Program-made: the position numbers and the translations under genes
Assembly: GCF_006345805.1 (NCBI RefSeq)
Contig: NC_043010.1
Span: 39,804,001-39,868,000, forward strand
DNA length: 64,000 nt
Reading direction: 5' to 3'
Source of the DNA: Octopus sinensis
Taxonomy: Eukaryota
The notes under the pieces: model-generated
Database searches by the model: none
What the model saw: only the letters and a program-made list of their open reading frames with translations
What the model was told of the DNA's origin: nothing
In this document: positions 38,892-51,743 of the stretch, piece after piece
How positions within the stretch are numbered: position 1 is the first letter of the stretch
Layout of the letters: every line of letters begins with the position of its first letter

Positions 38892-39405
38892 GAACAGTGT
38901 CAATATATACACAACGCTTCGTTGATTTTCCACTGTTTTCTCTACGTCAATTGACAGCCAGTTTATATAGTTCACTAATATACATTAAGACCGGTTCACA
39001 TCTAAAGAAATGATTGACCAAAACAAAAGAGTGGAAAGCAAATCACTGACACAAAAACCGGATTTGAGGACAATACACAGAAAAAAAAAACAAGCAAACA
39101 AAGAACCTTCACTCATAAATCGGTATATCAATATTAATAGGGTGTTGTTCTATTGTTGTTATCGTTGTTTTCGTTCTGTTTTTTTTTTGTTTTTGTTTTC
39201 TTTCTTTTAAACAGTAACTTATTAAATACGAGTTCGGTAAGTATACTGAGGCTTCAAATAATTATACGAATAACATAAGACATATCGTGTTCATTATGAT
39301 AGTTGTAGCTGTTGTTGGCCACCAAGAGATATCAAAAGTAAGCCTATGACTACAAGCGTTTTAATCATAAGCATTTTCCCAATTACAAACATACATATAT
39401 ATATG

Positions 39406-39646
39406 CTCTCTTTTTACTCTTTTACTTGTTTCAGTCATTTGATTGTGGCTATGCTGGAGCACCGCCTTTTGTCGAGCACATCAACTCCAGGACTTATTCT
39501 TTGTAAGCCTAGTACTTATTCTATCGGGTCTTCTGCCGAACCGCTAAGTTACGGCGAAGTAAACACAGCAGCATCGGTTGTCAAGCGATGTTGGGAGGAC
39601 AAACACAGACACACAACATACACACACTACATAGACAATATATTAT

Positions 39647-39697
<51 letters not shown>

Positions 39698-39864
39698 CAT
39701 ACATACATACATACGACGGCTTCGTTCCATTTCCGTCCACCAAATCCACTTTGGTTGCCCCGAGGCTATAGTAGAAGACACTTGCGCAAGGTGCCACGCA
39801 GAGGAGACTGAACCCGGAACCATGTTGTTCGTAAGGAAGGTACTTACCACACAGCTACTCCTAC
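39406..39864 (-). mobile_element. SINE group 3 with an internal (TA)n expansion
   Basis: Reverse complement of 58868-59245. Confidence 0.85.
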
Positions 39865-39876
39865 TGTATAATATAT

Positions 39877-39907
<31 letters not shown>

Positions 39908-40229
39908 AGAAAGAGAGATAGATAGATAGATAGATAGATAGATTAGATATATAGATAGTATAGATAGATATATAGAGATAGATAGATATTGGCCTACTCG
40001 CCTAGTCCGTTCGACGTCATTCGCGTGCTAAAACTATGTAAAGCGCATTGTGATCAGTGATATATAACAAAATGTGATAAGAATTAGTGTCCTATACATG
40101 ATGTATGGTTTGGGAGTTTGGTAGTTATTTTGCAAAAGTTTTTAACATAACTACTTACTACAGAGCTTCGTCTTCCCCTGGAAGGGAACTCGTTGAATTT
40201 GGTGCATTGTTCTTTAGTTACTTACTTCT

Positions 40230-41070
40230 TGCTTACTAACTTATTTACGTACTTCTTTCCGTTTCACGAACCACATAAGCCCGCCACACAATCTATTCAA
40301 TCAGCTGTGTTTTCTGATATTGTCATGGTGTCATTCCAACTTCGCCATGTGATTTTAGAGCGCCCTACTGTTCTTTCCCCTTCATACCACCATACAATCG
40401 CTTACTCGATGTTGTCTGAGGATGTGTCCTATTAATATCAGCGCCTGCGTGTTATTTCGCGTTCGATTCTATTGATGCATTTTGTCCCCACTGTGTCATT
40501 TCGGACTCTTGTCAGCCACTTGATATCTTTGGGGCATATAAATTGGAAGCTATCCCTTATTTTTCTCTTCCATTTCTATCACTTTCCACTTTTCATATCT
40601 GTAGAGTAATATTCTATGGATGGTGGAGGCACAATGGCCCAGTGGTTAGGGCAGCGGACTCGCGGTCGTAGGATCGCGGTTTCGATTCCCAGACCCGGCA
40701 TCGTGAGTGTTTATTGAGCGAAAACACCTAAAAGCTCCACGAGGCTCCGGCAGGGGATGGTGGTGATCCCTGCTGTACTCTTTCAACACAACTTTCTCTC
40801 ACTCTTACTTCCTGTTTCTGTTGTACCTGTATTTCAAAGGGCCAGCCTTGTCACTCTCTGTGTCACGCTGAATCTCCTCGAGAACTACGTTAAGGGTACA
40901 CGTGTCTGTGGAATGCTCAGCCACTTGCACGTTAATTCCACGAGCAAGCTGTTCCGTTGATCGTATCAGCTGGGACACTCATCGTCGTAACCGACGGAGT
41001 GATCCTATCTATTCTATGGATGAAAGACATAATTTGTTCTGCTTTAGTCATAATGCCATCATACTCATTT
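40230..41070 (-). pseudogene. RTE-like LINE C-terminal remnant interrupted by the SINE at 40624
   Basis: The minus strand gives ...RRR*Y*IGHILR...GERTVGRSKITWR, a decayed GHILR...GRPKxTW motif. Confidence 0.55.
40624..41001 (+). mobile_element. tRNA-derived SINE group 1 with tail type C, near full length
   Basis: A/B-box-like head ggaggcacaatggcccagtggttagggcagcgg...ggtttcgattccc; ends accgacggagtg. Confidence 0.9.
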
Positions 41071-41526
41071 TACGAACCGGAGTTAGATTTTATAAATCTT
41101 TATCAGAGAGTAAGCAATTTTTTGTATCGATTCCAGTGACATGAAAAGCAAATTCTATCTCGGAGCGATTTGAACTCAGAATGAAATGAGGCGGAACACA
41201 CGGCAAATAAATTATTTTCGGTATGCTAATGATTGAGCCACTTTGCTGCGCTTCCTTTGATGGCATAACAGTGCCGTTACGTAGGGAAGCCCCTTCCACA
41301 TTTGCTTAATGAATCATCGGACAGACGACTAAATCAACATTACCATTTGTATTAACTTTGAATATGGCGAAAATTATGCACTCGTTAATTACACACATAT
41401 ACGCAAACACACACACAAACACACATACGCAAACGTACGTATATATATACATATGTATATATATGCTTCCGTGTGTGTCTGCATGTGGGCGTGTATATAA
41501 ATATATATATATATGTATATATATAT

Positions 41527-41806
41527 TATATAGAGGGCATTATTACACATAAATGCCACACGCTAGGAGGTACTTTGAAAGTCATTACTACCAAAAATAA
41601 ACGAATTCTGAATATGTTTCACTGATGAACAAAAGACGTAAATAATACGTTAATTGCGAAATCACAAGTGATCTGGAACTAAATTCTCTTTCTAAATGTC
41701 TTGCTTCGACATCTGTATTTGGGACGATTCGTTTATTTTTGGTAGTAATGACTTTCAAAGTACCTCCTAGCGTGTGGCATTTATGTGTAATAATGCCCTC
41801 TATATA
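41527..41806. mobile_element. Family E fold-back: perfect 80-bp inverted arms around a 120-bp spacer containing a hammerhead
   Basis: 41527-41606 is the reverse complement of 41727-41806. Both ends are TA-rich. Confidence 0.9.
41616..41679 (+). ncRNA. Type I hammerhead ribozyme with an A.C mismatch at the base of stem II
   Basis: guuuca-CUGAUGA-acaa..acgua(aauaa)uacgu..uugc-GAAA-ucac(aa)guga-UC-uggaac. Stems I and III pair. Confidence 0.8.
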
Positions 41807-41928
41807 ATATTAAAAAATATTTTCAAGTGAAAAAAATTTTCAGATTTTTTTCTCTCATGAGGTTTTTCACGCTAACTACCTGAAAATTTCTTGTTAAGAT
41901 TTCTTATTAAGATTTTATCCTTAATTGT

Positions 41929-41956
<28 letters not shown>

Positions 41957-41959
<3 letters not shown>

Positions 41960-42197
41960 GAAGGTTTGGAGATGATGTACAGGTATTATATATTAGAAAA
42001 ATTGAGGTAATCAGATCAGATGTTCATATTTGTAGATATTTATTTATATATTACATTTTTTACATATATATCATATCATTCGGATTAGCAAGCGCTAATC
42101 CGAATGATATGATATATATGTAAAAAATGTAATATATAAATAAATATCTACAAATATGAACCATCTGATCTGATTACCTCAATTTTTCTAATATATA
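41957..42197. repeat. Near-perfect palindrome (arms about 104 bp, 4-nt loop) between (TA)n tracts
   Basis: ...cattcggattagc AAGC gctaatccgaatg...; arms 41986-42089 and 42094-42197 differ by one indel. Confidence 0.9.
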
Positions 42198-44334
42198 TAT
42201 ATATATATACATGTGAGGTGTTGAAATTGAAAGCGAAGCACATTTCGACACGTCACACTTATTGAATATAATTTAACTCAAGCTAAATGTGTCTACTTCA
42301 TATGACACATCAACCTTAAATGAAGTGGAAATATCATAGTCTTGTTAGAAATTTTATAAACTTATTAATCAGCTGTTTTTGAATGGTTACTTTGCGTCGA
42401 TAGAGTGGCTTCTCAAAGGTGTTGTCATCAACTTGTATCATTTTAATAACAGAATTGTCTCCAAAGAAATCCGTGATGTCTTCTTGTATTCGTTTACCAA
42501 ATCTAATCTAATCTTTACTTGTTAAGAACATAAAACGTTGTCGAAGGAAAATTAAAAGCGTGTAATTAAATAAGATTTTGTTGTAGCCGTTTATGTTATT
42601 GTGTGTACTAAATTCAAGTATATGTTTTCTGGACTCGATGAAAATATCAATTGTTGTGAAAGTTGAATGGTTATGATTGAACAGTTCTAAACTGCGATAA
42701 TTCTTTTCGTTGTTCAAATATAATGTATCCAAATGTGACACGGGATAAAAGCAAACCCGAATATTGCTCGGGATCCAGCATACTACCCTGACGGTTGCCT
42801 AAGGTAGCAAGATTCGTGTCCGGGAATGTATTTCCGCAGATATTACCTGTTTATTGCCTTTATTTATTTCTATGAGAAAACTTTGCAAATTTGTAACTGT
42901 GGTGCACTTTTCCAGATTCATGTGCTAAATGAAAATCTGTAGATAAATGTCGTAAATGATATCTTCCATAGTTTCACATAGTTTCGAGGATGACATATAC
43001 ATTTTACTATAACCCAGCATTTAACCCAAATTAAAACTACCAGCTATTAATACGCTTTTTTTCTGTCTAGTGTTCGAGATCCTCATTTCATCATAGCTAT
43101 TATCCTGCAATGCAATCTTACTTCTATCCTGATAACATGGCGTTCTCTCTTCTATGAAGTATTCGCATTTGGGTCTGACTTTTCACAAAATGACTGTCAT
43201 ATCAAGCAGAGGATTTTGCCCCCTAAATTATGATATGATGCTCAACGTCTGAAGTTTTCACATTTAGCGCAGTATATATCGACTTATTTCATTGACCTAA
43301 ATTGAACGGGCTACGTTGCAAAATGTCCCATCGAGCGAAAGTGACTTAATGTGAATCTGTTGGTAAAAAATGCCTTCTTTTAACCGTTTAAACATGCGTA
43401 AACCGATCTTACAATCGCTTACCGTCAGTGAAGGCATCGACATTTCTCTGCAGAGTCTGATTGTGAATATATGATTAGAAATTTCGAAGAAAATCTCTAT
43501 GAATAAAAATAGAGGTTTATTTATATAAATGTGCAGAATCGTACGTTGGGAAGTGACCACATTTTCAATTTCATTTATTATGTAAATATATCAGTATATT
43601 ATACACTTTAGCTACAGTCATTCTTTTGGATGAAACTTGCCAGAGCTGGCACAAAGCGCTGGTGCTGCCTGCCATTGAATGTATCCTGGATTAGATAATT
43701 CGTGATTAAGCGACCCCTTTTAAAACGGTAGGGTATTACTTGTAGTAGATTTACTATTATTTCGAGCAGATTAAACGATTATATTATCATGGTTCCCTAA
43801 TTAATCTAAATAAATTCTATTTCATTTGCAACGCCAGTTTAGCCCTCTTGTAGATTACCTACATATCATCTAGGAATGCATTATCCGATACAATAATCCA
43901 CCTTTATGATTCCCCACTATGGTTCAATAGAGACTTTGCTGCAATTTCAGTTTGTTGAGCCAGTTCAGCTTCTTGAATCTTAGAACATTGTAATTAGTAC
44001 AATCTAGGGCAGAATCTCACATATACTAACGTTGTCTTGCAGGAATTAATATCATGCTATCGTATCATGATTTCGAATACTACCCAGGCCTAATTTACTT
44101 TTATTACTTCTACAATGATAAAATAATGTGTCGTTTAAGTATTTGATAGATAAAATCCCTTATAGCCGCTTCCCAAATTGAAGGGCTTATGATTATAGCA
44201 CAAGTTAACTTTATTATCATCATGTTCGGTTGAGCATAATTATATGCAAAGCACAATGCGTTTTACATAGTTTATAGTTGGCATCTGCATTGAATTACCG
44301 AGGGGATCAACTATGTAATTCATCACTCTGGTCC

Positions 44335-44538
44335 AGGCAGAATCGTTAGCACGCCAGCGCAAATGCTTAGCAGTATTTCGTCTGCCGCTACGTTCTGAGT
44401 TCAATTTCCACCGTGGTCGACTTTACCTCTCATCCTTTCAGGGTCGATGAATTAAGTACCAGTTCGTACTGGGGTCGATCTAATCGAATGCCCCCCGCCC
44501 CCAAATTTTCAGGCCTTGTGTCTATAATAGAAAGTATT
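44335..44538 (+). mobile_element. SINE group 2
   Basis: ggcagaatcgttagcacgcc...gttctgagttcaatttcc...catcctttcagggtcgatgaattaagtaccag. Confidence 0.85.
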
Positions 44539-44643
44539 CATCACTGTGGGTGACGCAAAACGAATACAATTAAATACTATACTTCATTAAATCGATATTA
44601 CGCTAACACGAAATGTGTGACATTGGGCCTAAGCTAGAAATGA

Positions 44644-45015
44644 TTATTACCTCCGTCTTAGCGAAGGTGGAGGTATTGTTTCCCGCCGTGTTTGTTTGTT
44701 TGTCTGTCCGTGGACAGGATATCTCAAGAACCGCTGGATGGATTCGTATGAAACTTTCAGGGATGTTTAGCGTCGTGATTTACAGGAACTTGTTAGATTT
44801 GGGGATTGATCAAGTACCAGATAAGGATTCTGGATTGTTTTCCCTGTTTTTTACTTAATTTTTGAGAGCGGTCGGGTTGATTTTTAGTATTCTCGTTTAT
44901 GTGACCGGTCGAGTTTATTTCAGATATTCTCATTCTAAAAGACATCTCTGGCTAATCGTTGGGAGGACGCTGGTATTGCCTTGCCGGAAGTTTGCTCTCT
45001 CTGAGTGCGCTTGTT
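44644..45015 (+). mobile_element. Helentron-associated non-autonomous element (HINE/DINE-1-like)
   Basis: 5' ttattacctccg...ggaggta hairpin, a (TTTG/TCTG) microsatellite and a ggatggattcgtatgaaactt core. 3' ccggaagtttgctctctctgagtgc. Confidence 0.7.
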
Positions 45016-45243
45016 ATAAGTTTTCTAAAGAATTTAGAATATAAATATAAATATAAATATAAATATAATGTATTTCTTGCAAAGCTCTAAAGCCAACGAC
45101 CTACATATTGCACCGTAGTAATGATTAACCGTGTTTCCTAATGAATTTAATCATCTGCAGCATTTTAGTAACGAGAGCAATTAAATAATTTATTTAAAAT
45201 AGTATTATTATTATTATTATTATTATCATTATTATTATTATTA

Positions 45244-45277
<34 letters not shown>

Positions 45278-46597
45278 ATTATTATTATGAAAGTGGTGAG
45301 TTCGCAGGAAATTAGTGCGGCCGAGAAAATGCTTGGCGACATTCCATCAGTATTTTTGTTCTGATTTCAAATTCCGCTCCCGCCGAGGCCGGCTGTGCTT
45401 TTTCTTCTTTTAGTGGGGATCTATAAGATAAATACATGCGAAGTATTGAGATCGAAGTCATCGACTAACTCCTTATCTCAAAATTGTTTGCTGCTTACCA
45501 AAATTAGAAAGAATTGCTATTATTCTGGGGCGCCGGCAATCGTTAGTACATCTAACAAAATTGTTAGCATCATTTCTTCAGATTCTTTAGGTTTTGAATT
45601 CAAATTACGCCGACGCCGTTTTTTACCTTTCACGTCTCGGTGGAAATAAATAATGTCCGAGAGACCGACTAGAGATCGAACTGACAGACTGTACTTCACC
45701 CCCGACTCCACACACACATGCACACACACACACAAACACTATATATAGCGTTATGTGCCCATATCAAAAATCCTTATCGTTCTTCGAGTGAGTTATTTTC
45801 CTCGGAAACACAACATCCGAAAACTTTGATAAGATTAGAATTATTGACGTTTTCGATTTGCAAGGGCTGGAAACATTAAGACTCGCTTATCTGTCACTTT
45901 GCACGCGAAAGATAAATGAAATAACTGGAAACTAAATAAAAAAGTAATGCGATAATAAATAATGGAAATGCTAGCCCTGTTAGAAATTCACATATGTAGT
46001 CGAACATTTCGTATCATTTGTATTTATTTAGCATTTGATTATGTGTGTGTGTGTGTCTGTTGTTTAGCATTAGGGTATATAATAGTAAGGAAGGCTTGTG
46101 ATGTGTTATGCATGTTTGAATGTGCGGTAAACATTAAAGGAAAGAATAAGCGGCTTATAAGGAAGATCTACGACACGGAATGATCACAGGTGAAATATTG
46201 TGGCAACATATAAAACTGGAAAAACAGCAACATCTACAACCGATGAATTTAAAGAAAATAGCAAAATATGAATAATGAAGAATGTCAAGTATGAAAGAAT
46301 GGGAAGTCAGTTGAGTGAAATTTATCAGAAATGTTCTAAGTAATCGATAAACGCATAAAATAGACATATCTCACATTGGTTTTTTTTTTCTGCCCACCTT
46401 GCAGGAACACATGCGCACACATGTAGACATACATGTATGTACACAGGCACGCAATTACAAATTATAGCTTTCCTACATGTACACAGAGAGACGGGGACTG
46501 AGTGATGGGACAGAATGAAACAATAGTTATCGCTTCAAAAGTGAAATAAAAAGCTTTTAGGCAGTGAAGGTTATCTCCTCTCTCTCACTCTCTCTCT

Positions 46598-46662
<65 letters not shown>

Positions 46663-46698
46663 CATATATATACATACAGATATATGTATATAAATATA

Positions 46699-46790
<92 letters not shown>

Positions 46791-47017
46791 ATATATAAGG
46801 ATACGATCGTTAATTTAAAATATATCAACAATCTTATCAAGTGGCCAGGATGAAATAACATAACCTTCAAATGTAATAATTATATATATATACATATATA
46901 TATATATACATCTGCCCATGTTTTGTTGATATTATCTGTCATTTCTGATTCATTCGCAGGAAATTATCCACCATAATATATCATATGCTTCTTCAGGACA
47001 AGGCGAAATTTTCTTAC

Positions 47018-47071
47018 CATAAAGTAATAAATTTCTTAAGTACCTCCAATCGTATACGGTCTTTGGCATAA
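47018..47071 (-). CDS. Candidate 54-nt internal exon of an unidentified gene
   Basis: catatttcacctag|...|gtaaga splice sites. One open frame, YAKDRIRLEVLKKFITL. No family recognised. Confidence 0.2.
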
Positions 47072-48077
47072 CTAGGTGAAATATGATTAATGATGTTTTG
47101 AAAGTGCATTTAATCTTCAGAATGATAAACAGCTAAAATATATGAATAAAAACTATATTGCTTACAAAAATGTTATGGCAGTAATAATATCTCTTTATTG
47201 AGCCTTACAGAAAAAAAACATTCGATGAAATTCCCTTCCCTTAACATCTCGTCAACGCAGTATATCACCTACGTAATTTTCTAAAATAAAAGCGGGTATA
47301 TATATTTAGTCAGACCTAGCCTTATACTGTTAAATGCGAGTAAGACAAATACCGGTAGAATAAGGTTTACACGAAGGTGAAGGTGTTTGGTACAACTTCC
47401 TATGCAATTCATTGAAAAATGGGTAATATATCAAACAAATTAACGATTTTGTCTATCACTAAATATACTGGAATCAGTATAACAAATCCTCCTTCACAAA
47501 CCAACCAAAGTGAAACGAATTTATTACAATGACATTAGTAATTGGTTCTTCTATCGTTGGGCAATTTGGCGATGGTGTGAGCTAAATATAAATGTATTTC
47601 TTGCAAAGATCTAAAGCTTTTGCCAAGAGTAAAAAGACAGAAAGCATTGAATTGAAAAACCCTCAAAGAAATAAAACATTAACCGACTTATGCGATTTTA
47701 TATTTCTTCTCAGCCACATGCCAGCGCTACGTAGGAAGCCAAGTTAATGATTCATCTTCAAATCCCAGCACAAATTTTGCACATTTATATTAATATATGT
47801 TGTTGTAGCTTGCAGACAATAGTTTAATGGAAGTGATATTTTGACATTCTTCGGTCACATATCTGCGAATGCAGCCTTTGCGCTGAATAATTAAACAAAT
47901 TGATCCGCGGTAGGAAATTCTCTTCGTTTCGTGAGTTCATGTATATTCAGAAACATATCAACCGTCTTCCTTAAATACGAAATACACTTAAGCACCCATG
48001 ATAGACCTAGGACTTGTTTATATATCTCGATAGACAAGCACTGCACGGAAGTCTGCTATGTACCCGACATCTGTAAT

Positions 48078-48400
48078 GGAGGCACAATGGCCCAGTGTTT
48101 AGGGCAGCGGACTTACGGTCATGAGATTGCGGTTTCGATCCCCAGACCGAGCATTGTGAGTGTTTATTGAGCGAAAACACATAATGTCCCCTGCTCCGGC
48201 ACGGGCTGGTGGCGAAACTTGCCGTTCTCTTTCTCTGATGTGTCTGGATTTCAAAGGGCCAGCCCCGTCGCACACTGTGTCACACCGAATCTCCCCGAGA
48301 ACTACGTTAAGGGTATACATGTCTGAGGAGTGCTCAGCTGCTTACATGTTAATTTCAGGAGTAGTGTGTTCCGTTGATTGGATCAACTTGAACTCTCGAC
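48078..48400 (+). mobile_element. tRNA-derived SINE group 1 with tail type C
   Basis: Matches 40624-41001. Confidence 0.85.
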
Positions 48401-51037
48401 GTTTTAACCCAAGGAGTTCCGCGACTCGACATCTGTGATTAGCTGCTAAGTATAATTGGTCTGACGGTCAAAATATAAATTCTACTTTGCCTATGGCATT
48501 CTTCAGTAATTGTCACTCTGTTGCAGCTTTATCAGAGAATAAAAGTTATAGTGTTGTTCACCATCGCAACAAGAATGCATAGAGAAAGAGTGTTAAAGAG
48601 TCACTCTTATGACTACATAATGAGCTAACTGCTAATAAACGTTCAGAAACATTCAACATATATTCTTGACATCGAATTATACAGTTCGCCTATGTGCACA
48701 TAATTATTACAAAATATAATTGCTGAGCAACAGAGTAATCGGTAGCATTGCATAAATAATCGGTCCTCCGGTGTATCAAGATGCTTGATTTCATTCATTC
48801 TCTTATGAAAAGGCTCTACAACCCACAGCATTAATTTTATACATGTCAACACATCTAAAATTGACGTTGAATTATATAATTACAGAAAAGCAGATAGACT
48901 GAAAAGTTTTGAAGTAATGTCACGTAGATGATTAATTGATGGTGCACAAGTTGTGATGTATATGATATTAGTAGAAGCACAATGAAAAGATATGTTGTTC
49001 GAATCATCATATCATTACGGAGTGCATCCGTGAACTGGATATCATACTTATATTTATCGTGTGTCTCTAACATCAGGTCGGTAGTGTTTGGAAAATAGGA
49101 ATCATTGTAAGAAGCAGTTATTTATATCCTCTGGATATTGACAAGTGATATACTGGATTCTATTTCGATGTTGTGTTCAATTTGCTCCGTGGGGTGAACA
49201 AACAGTGATCTTCTCCCGATATACCAGTTCATATACATACACAAACAGGAGATGTTTGTTGTGCAGTTGCTTCAAGCTACATAAATCAAATATTGGATCA
49301 ATGTTGCATAAATTCCTGCGATTCAAAATAACATAAGATTGATTATATAATTGATTGAGAAGGAAATAGAAATGTGTCAAAATCAAAGATACCCAATAAC
49401 GGTAAATATCGATTTATTACACAGTATTTGAATTAAACAAATGTGAATGTTCTTAATATGCACTTAGTGTTAACGTAGCTAATACAGAAAGCATTAAAAA
49501 TTTAGCTAAATTATAATGTACATCAAATATTGTTGTTTTTTCTCTACATCGGGTAGCTGCAATATTAGTCAATGATTCCTAGTACTCCATGACTAATATT
49601 ACTGAATGAATTTTATTGTTCTAATTGTAACTTGTACACCTCTTTGACATCTTTGATTTTGGTGTTATTATGATATCATTATACACCTCACCCTACATGA
49701 CGAATCGATATTAGGTAAATGGCAAACATTGGCTGATAGAATAATTCAGAAGAAAGATATCGCAGAGATACATTTGTTTATTCTATCGTGCAGAAATTTC
49801 CTGAATAAATTATATAAATGAAAACCACAAAAAGCAAAAATTAGATCTGATATCGATACCTGCAATCGTGAGTAGATATACTTTTATCTTTTTCTTTCTT
49901 TGGCTTCACTTAGACCCTGGCCATCACATATTTTGATATATCTAAAACTATATAGAAAACTGGTTAGTAGTCAATTGGTCACAAACAAAGTATTTAATCG
50001 TTATTGGAAAGATATTATACATTTTTCCATTACAAATATGAATGTAATAGAATGATTATTTTAATTATATTGCGAAAATTTGCGTACACATTTGTGATGT
50101 GGATGTTCAGTCATTGCATCTCGGTACACAAAAGAAAAACTCTCGCTTTAAATATCTGAAAGCTTTAGCAGAGAATGATTTGAAAAGATGACAGATAAAA
50201 CATATGAAAAATATGATTCATTTATGCCGCAGAATCGTATAATTCTTCGAAATCACATCTATTTAGCAAAACATTGTGCTACACTAAAAGGCTACGTTTA
50301 TAAGCAAATAGGTGTATATTAACAGCAAATAGGTCGGCCTTATTCAAGTTAGGAATTATCAACAGGAAAGTTTCAGAGTGATACTGGTATTTTCTAAGAA
50401 TTAAGCAGTAACTTCATTGGCAAAATGTCCCATAAGTCCCAGATCAAATTATTGATGGGATGTTGAAGAAGAATCGCAATTAAAAGGTTGTTCTATGCCA
50501 TAAAAGAAGAGGATATGATCTATGTGATTCCAGTTCATCTGATCATGATTGTGTAGTTATTCTCACAAAAGTATAAAGAAAGGCGGAGCAAGTATTTCAA
50601 TTTGTTGTTTAAATTGAAACCATGTATATGAAGGGAGCTTGTACTCCCATGTATTTTCACAGCGATATATAACAACAGATCCACGGGGAAATGTTTCAGA
50701 TTTGAGAGGATGTATACACTATTGCCTGCGCAAAATGTTTTTGAACCAGTTGAAGATATACAAGATATCGAAATTTCGTTCACTAGTTAACGATGGTACA
50801 CTTCCTTTAATTTTGACTCTATAACTTCAGGAGGAGTTACCTCATTCCTTTCTATATTAACCAAAATGAAGTAGATTGACAAAATTATTTTTTGAACCAT
50901 TTAAAGACACACAAGATGTCGAAATATCGCTCACAAGATAACAATAGCACTCTTTTTTTTAAATTTTGACTCTATTATTATTAATATTATTATTATTACT
51001 ATTATTACAACTACTACTACTACTGCTGCTGCTGCTG

Positions 51038-51076
<39 letters not shown>

Positions 51077-51236
51077 TTATAATTATTTCATCCCTTTGGG
51101 TCGATGAAATGTGTACCTGTAATGTACTTAGTCCATGTAATCCACTGATCCCCTCCCCCCTCAAATTTCTGTCCGTGTGCCTATAGTAGAAAAGATTATA
51201 TATACATATAATATATATATATATATATGCAAACAC

Positions 51237-51268
<32 letters not shown>

Positions 51269-51397
51269 GTATATATACATATATATGTATATGTATATAT
51301 GCATATATATGTATATGTATATATAATATATATGTATTATCTATATATATATATATATATATATATCTATACAATATGTTACATTACTCGGTAGTCA

Positions 51398-51458
51398 AGA
51401 TAAAACTCTGAGTTTCAGATGCCGAAGTGGAATCCACAACACCACTCTTCGGTTATCT
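51398..51458 (-). ncRNA. Hammerhead-like motif (U4C core variant) in the PLE2 3' repeat
   Basis: agauaa-CCGAAGA-[stem II]-GAAA-c-ucaga-g-UU-uuaucu, with a perfect 6-bp stem I. The stem II base is irregular. Confidence 0.55.
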
Positions 51459-51743
51459 GGCTATTTGAAAACGTTATGAAGAAATACCGTAAAAATGAAG
51501 GGAAATTACTCTGTTATAACTCTGCTTTGCCTGCGTACTTATACATCGCTCGCATGAAAAAATACCGTTAAAAATGAAGGGAAATTACTCTGTTATAACT
51601 CTGCTTGCCTGCGTACTTATACATCGCTCGCATTTTTCGTATAAAAATTATATAAAAAACATATAAAAATATATAAAATATATAAAAAATATATAAAATC
51701 TTCTTGGGACATAACACAGAAAGCATGTTCTATCCGTTTTCTT

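Noticed and set aside
40624-40700. tRNA genes at SINE heads (also 11102, 30289, 48078, 58868)
   Set aside because: A/B boxes are present but there is no full cloverleaf, and most continue into SINE bodies.
41527-41806. Ordinary Tc1/mariner MITE
   Set aside because: There is no recognisable mariner TIR motif, and the spacer is a complete hammerhead.
42715-42830. GC-rich hairpin cluster resembling a ribozyme (CTGACG-gttgcc-taa-ggtagc)
   Set aside because: No GAAA after the hairpin, and no twister or HDV topology could be built.
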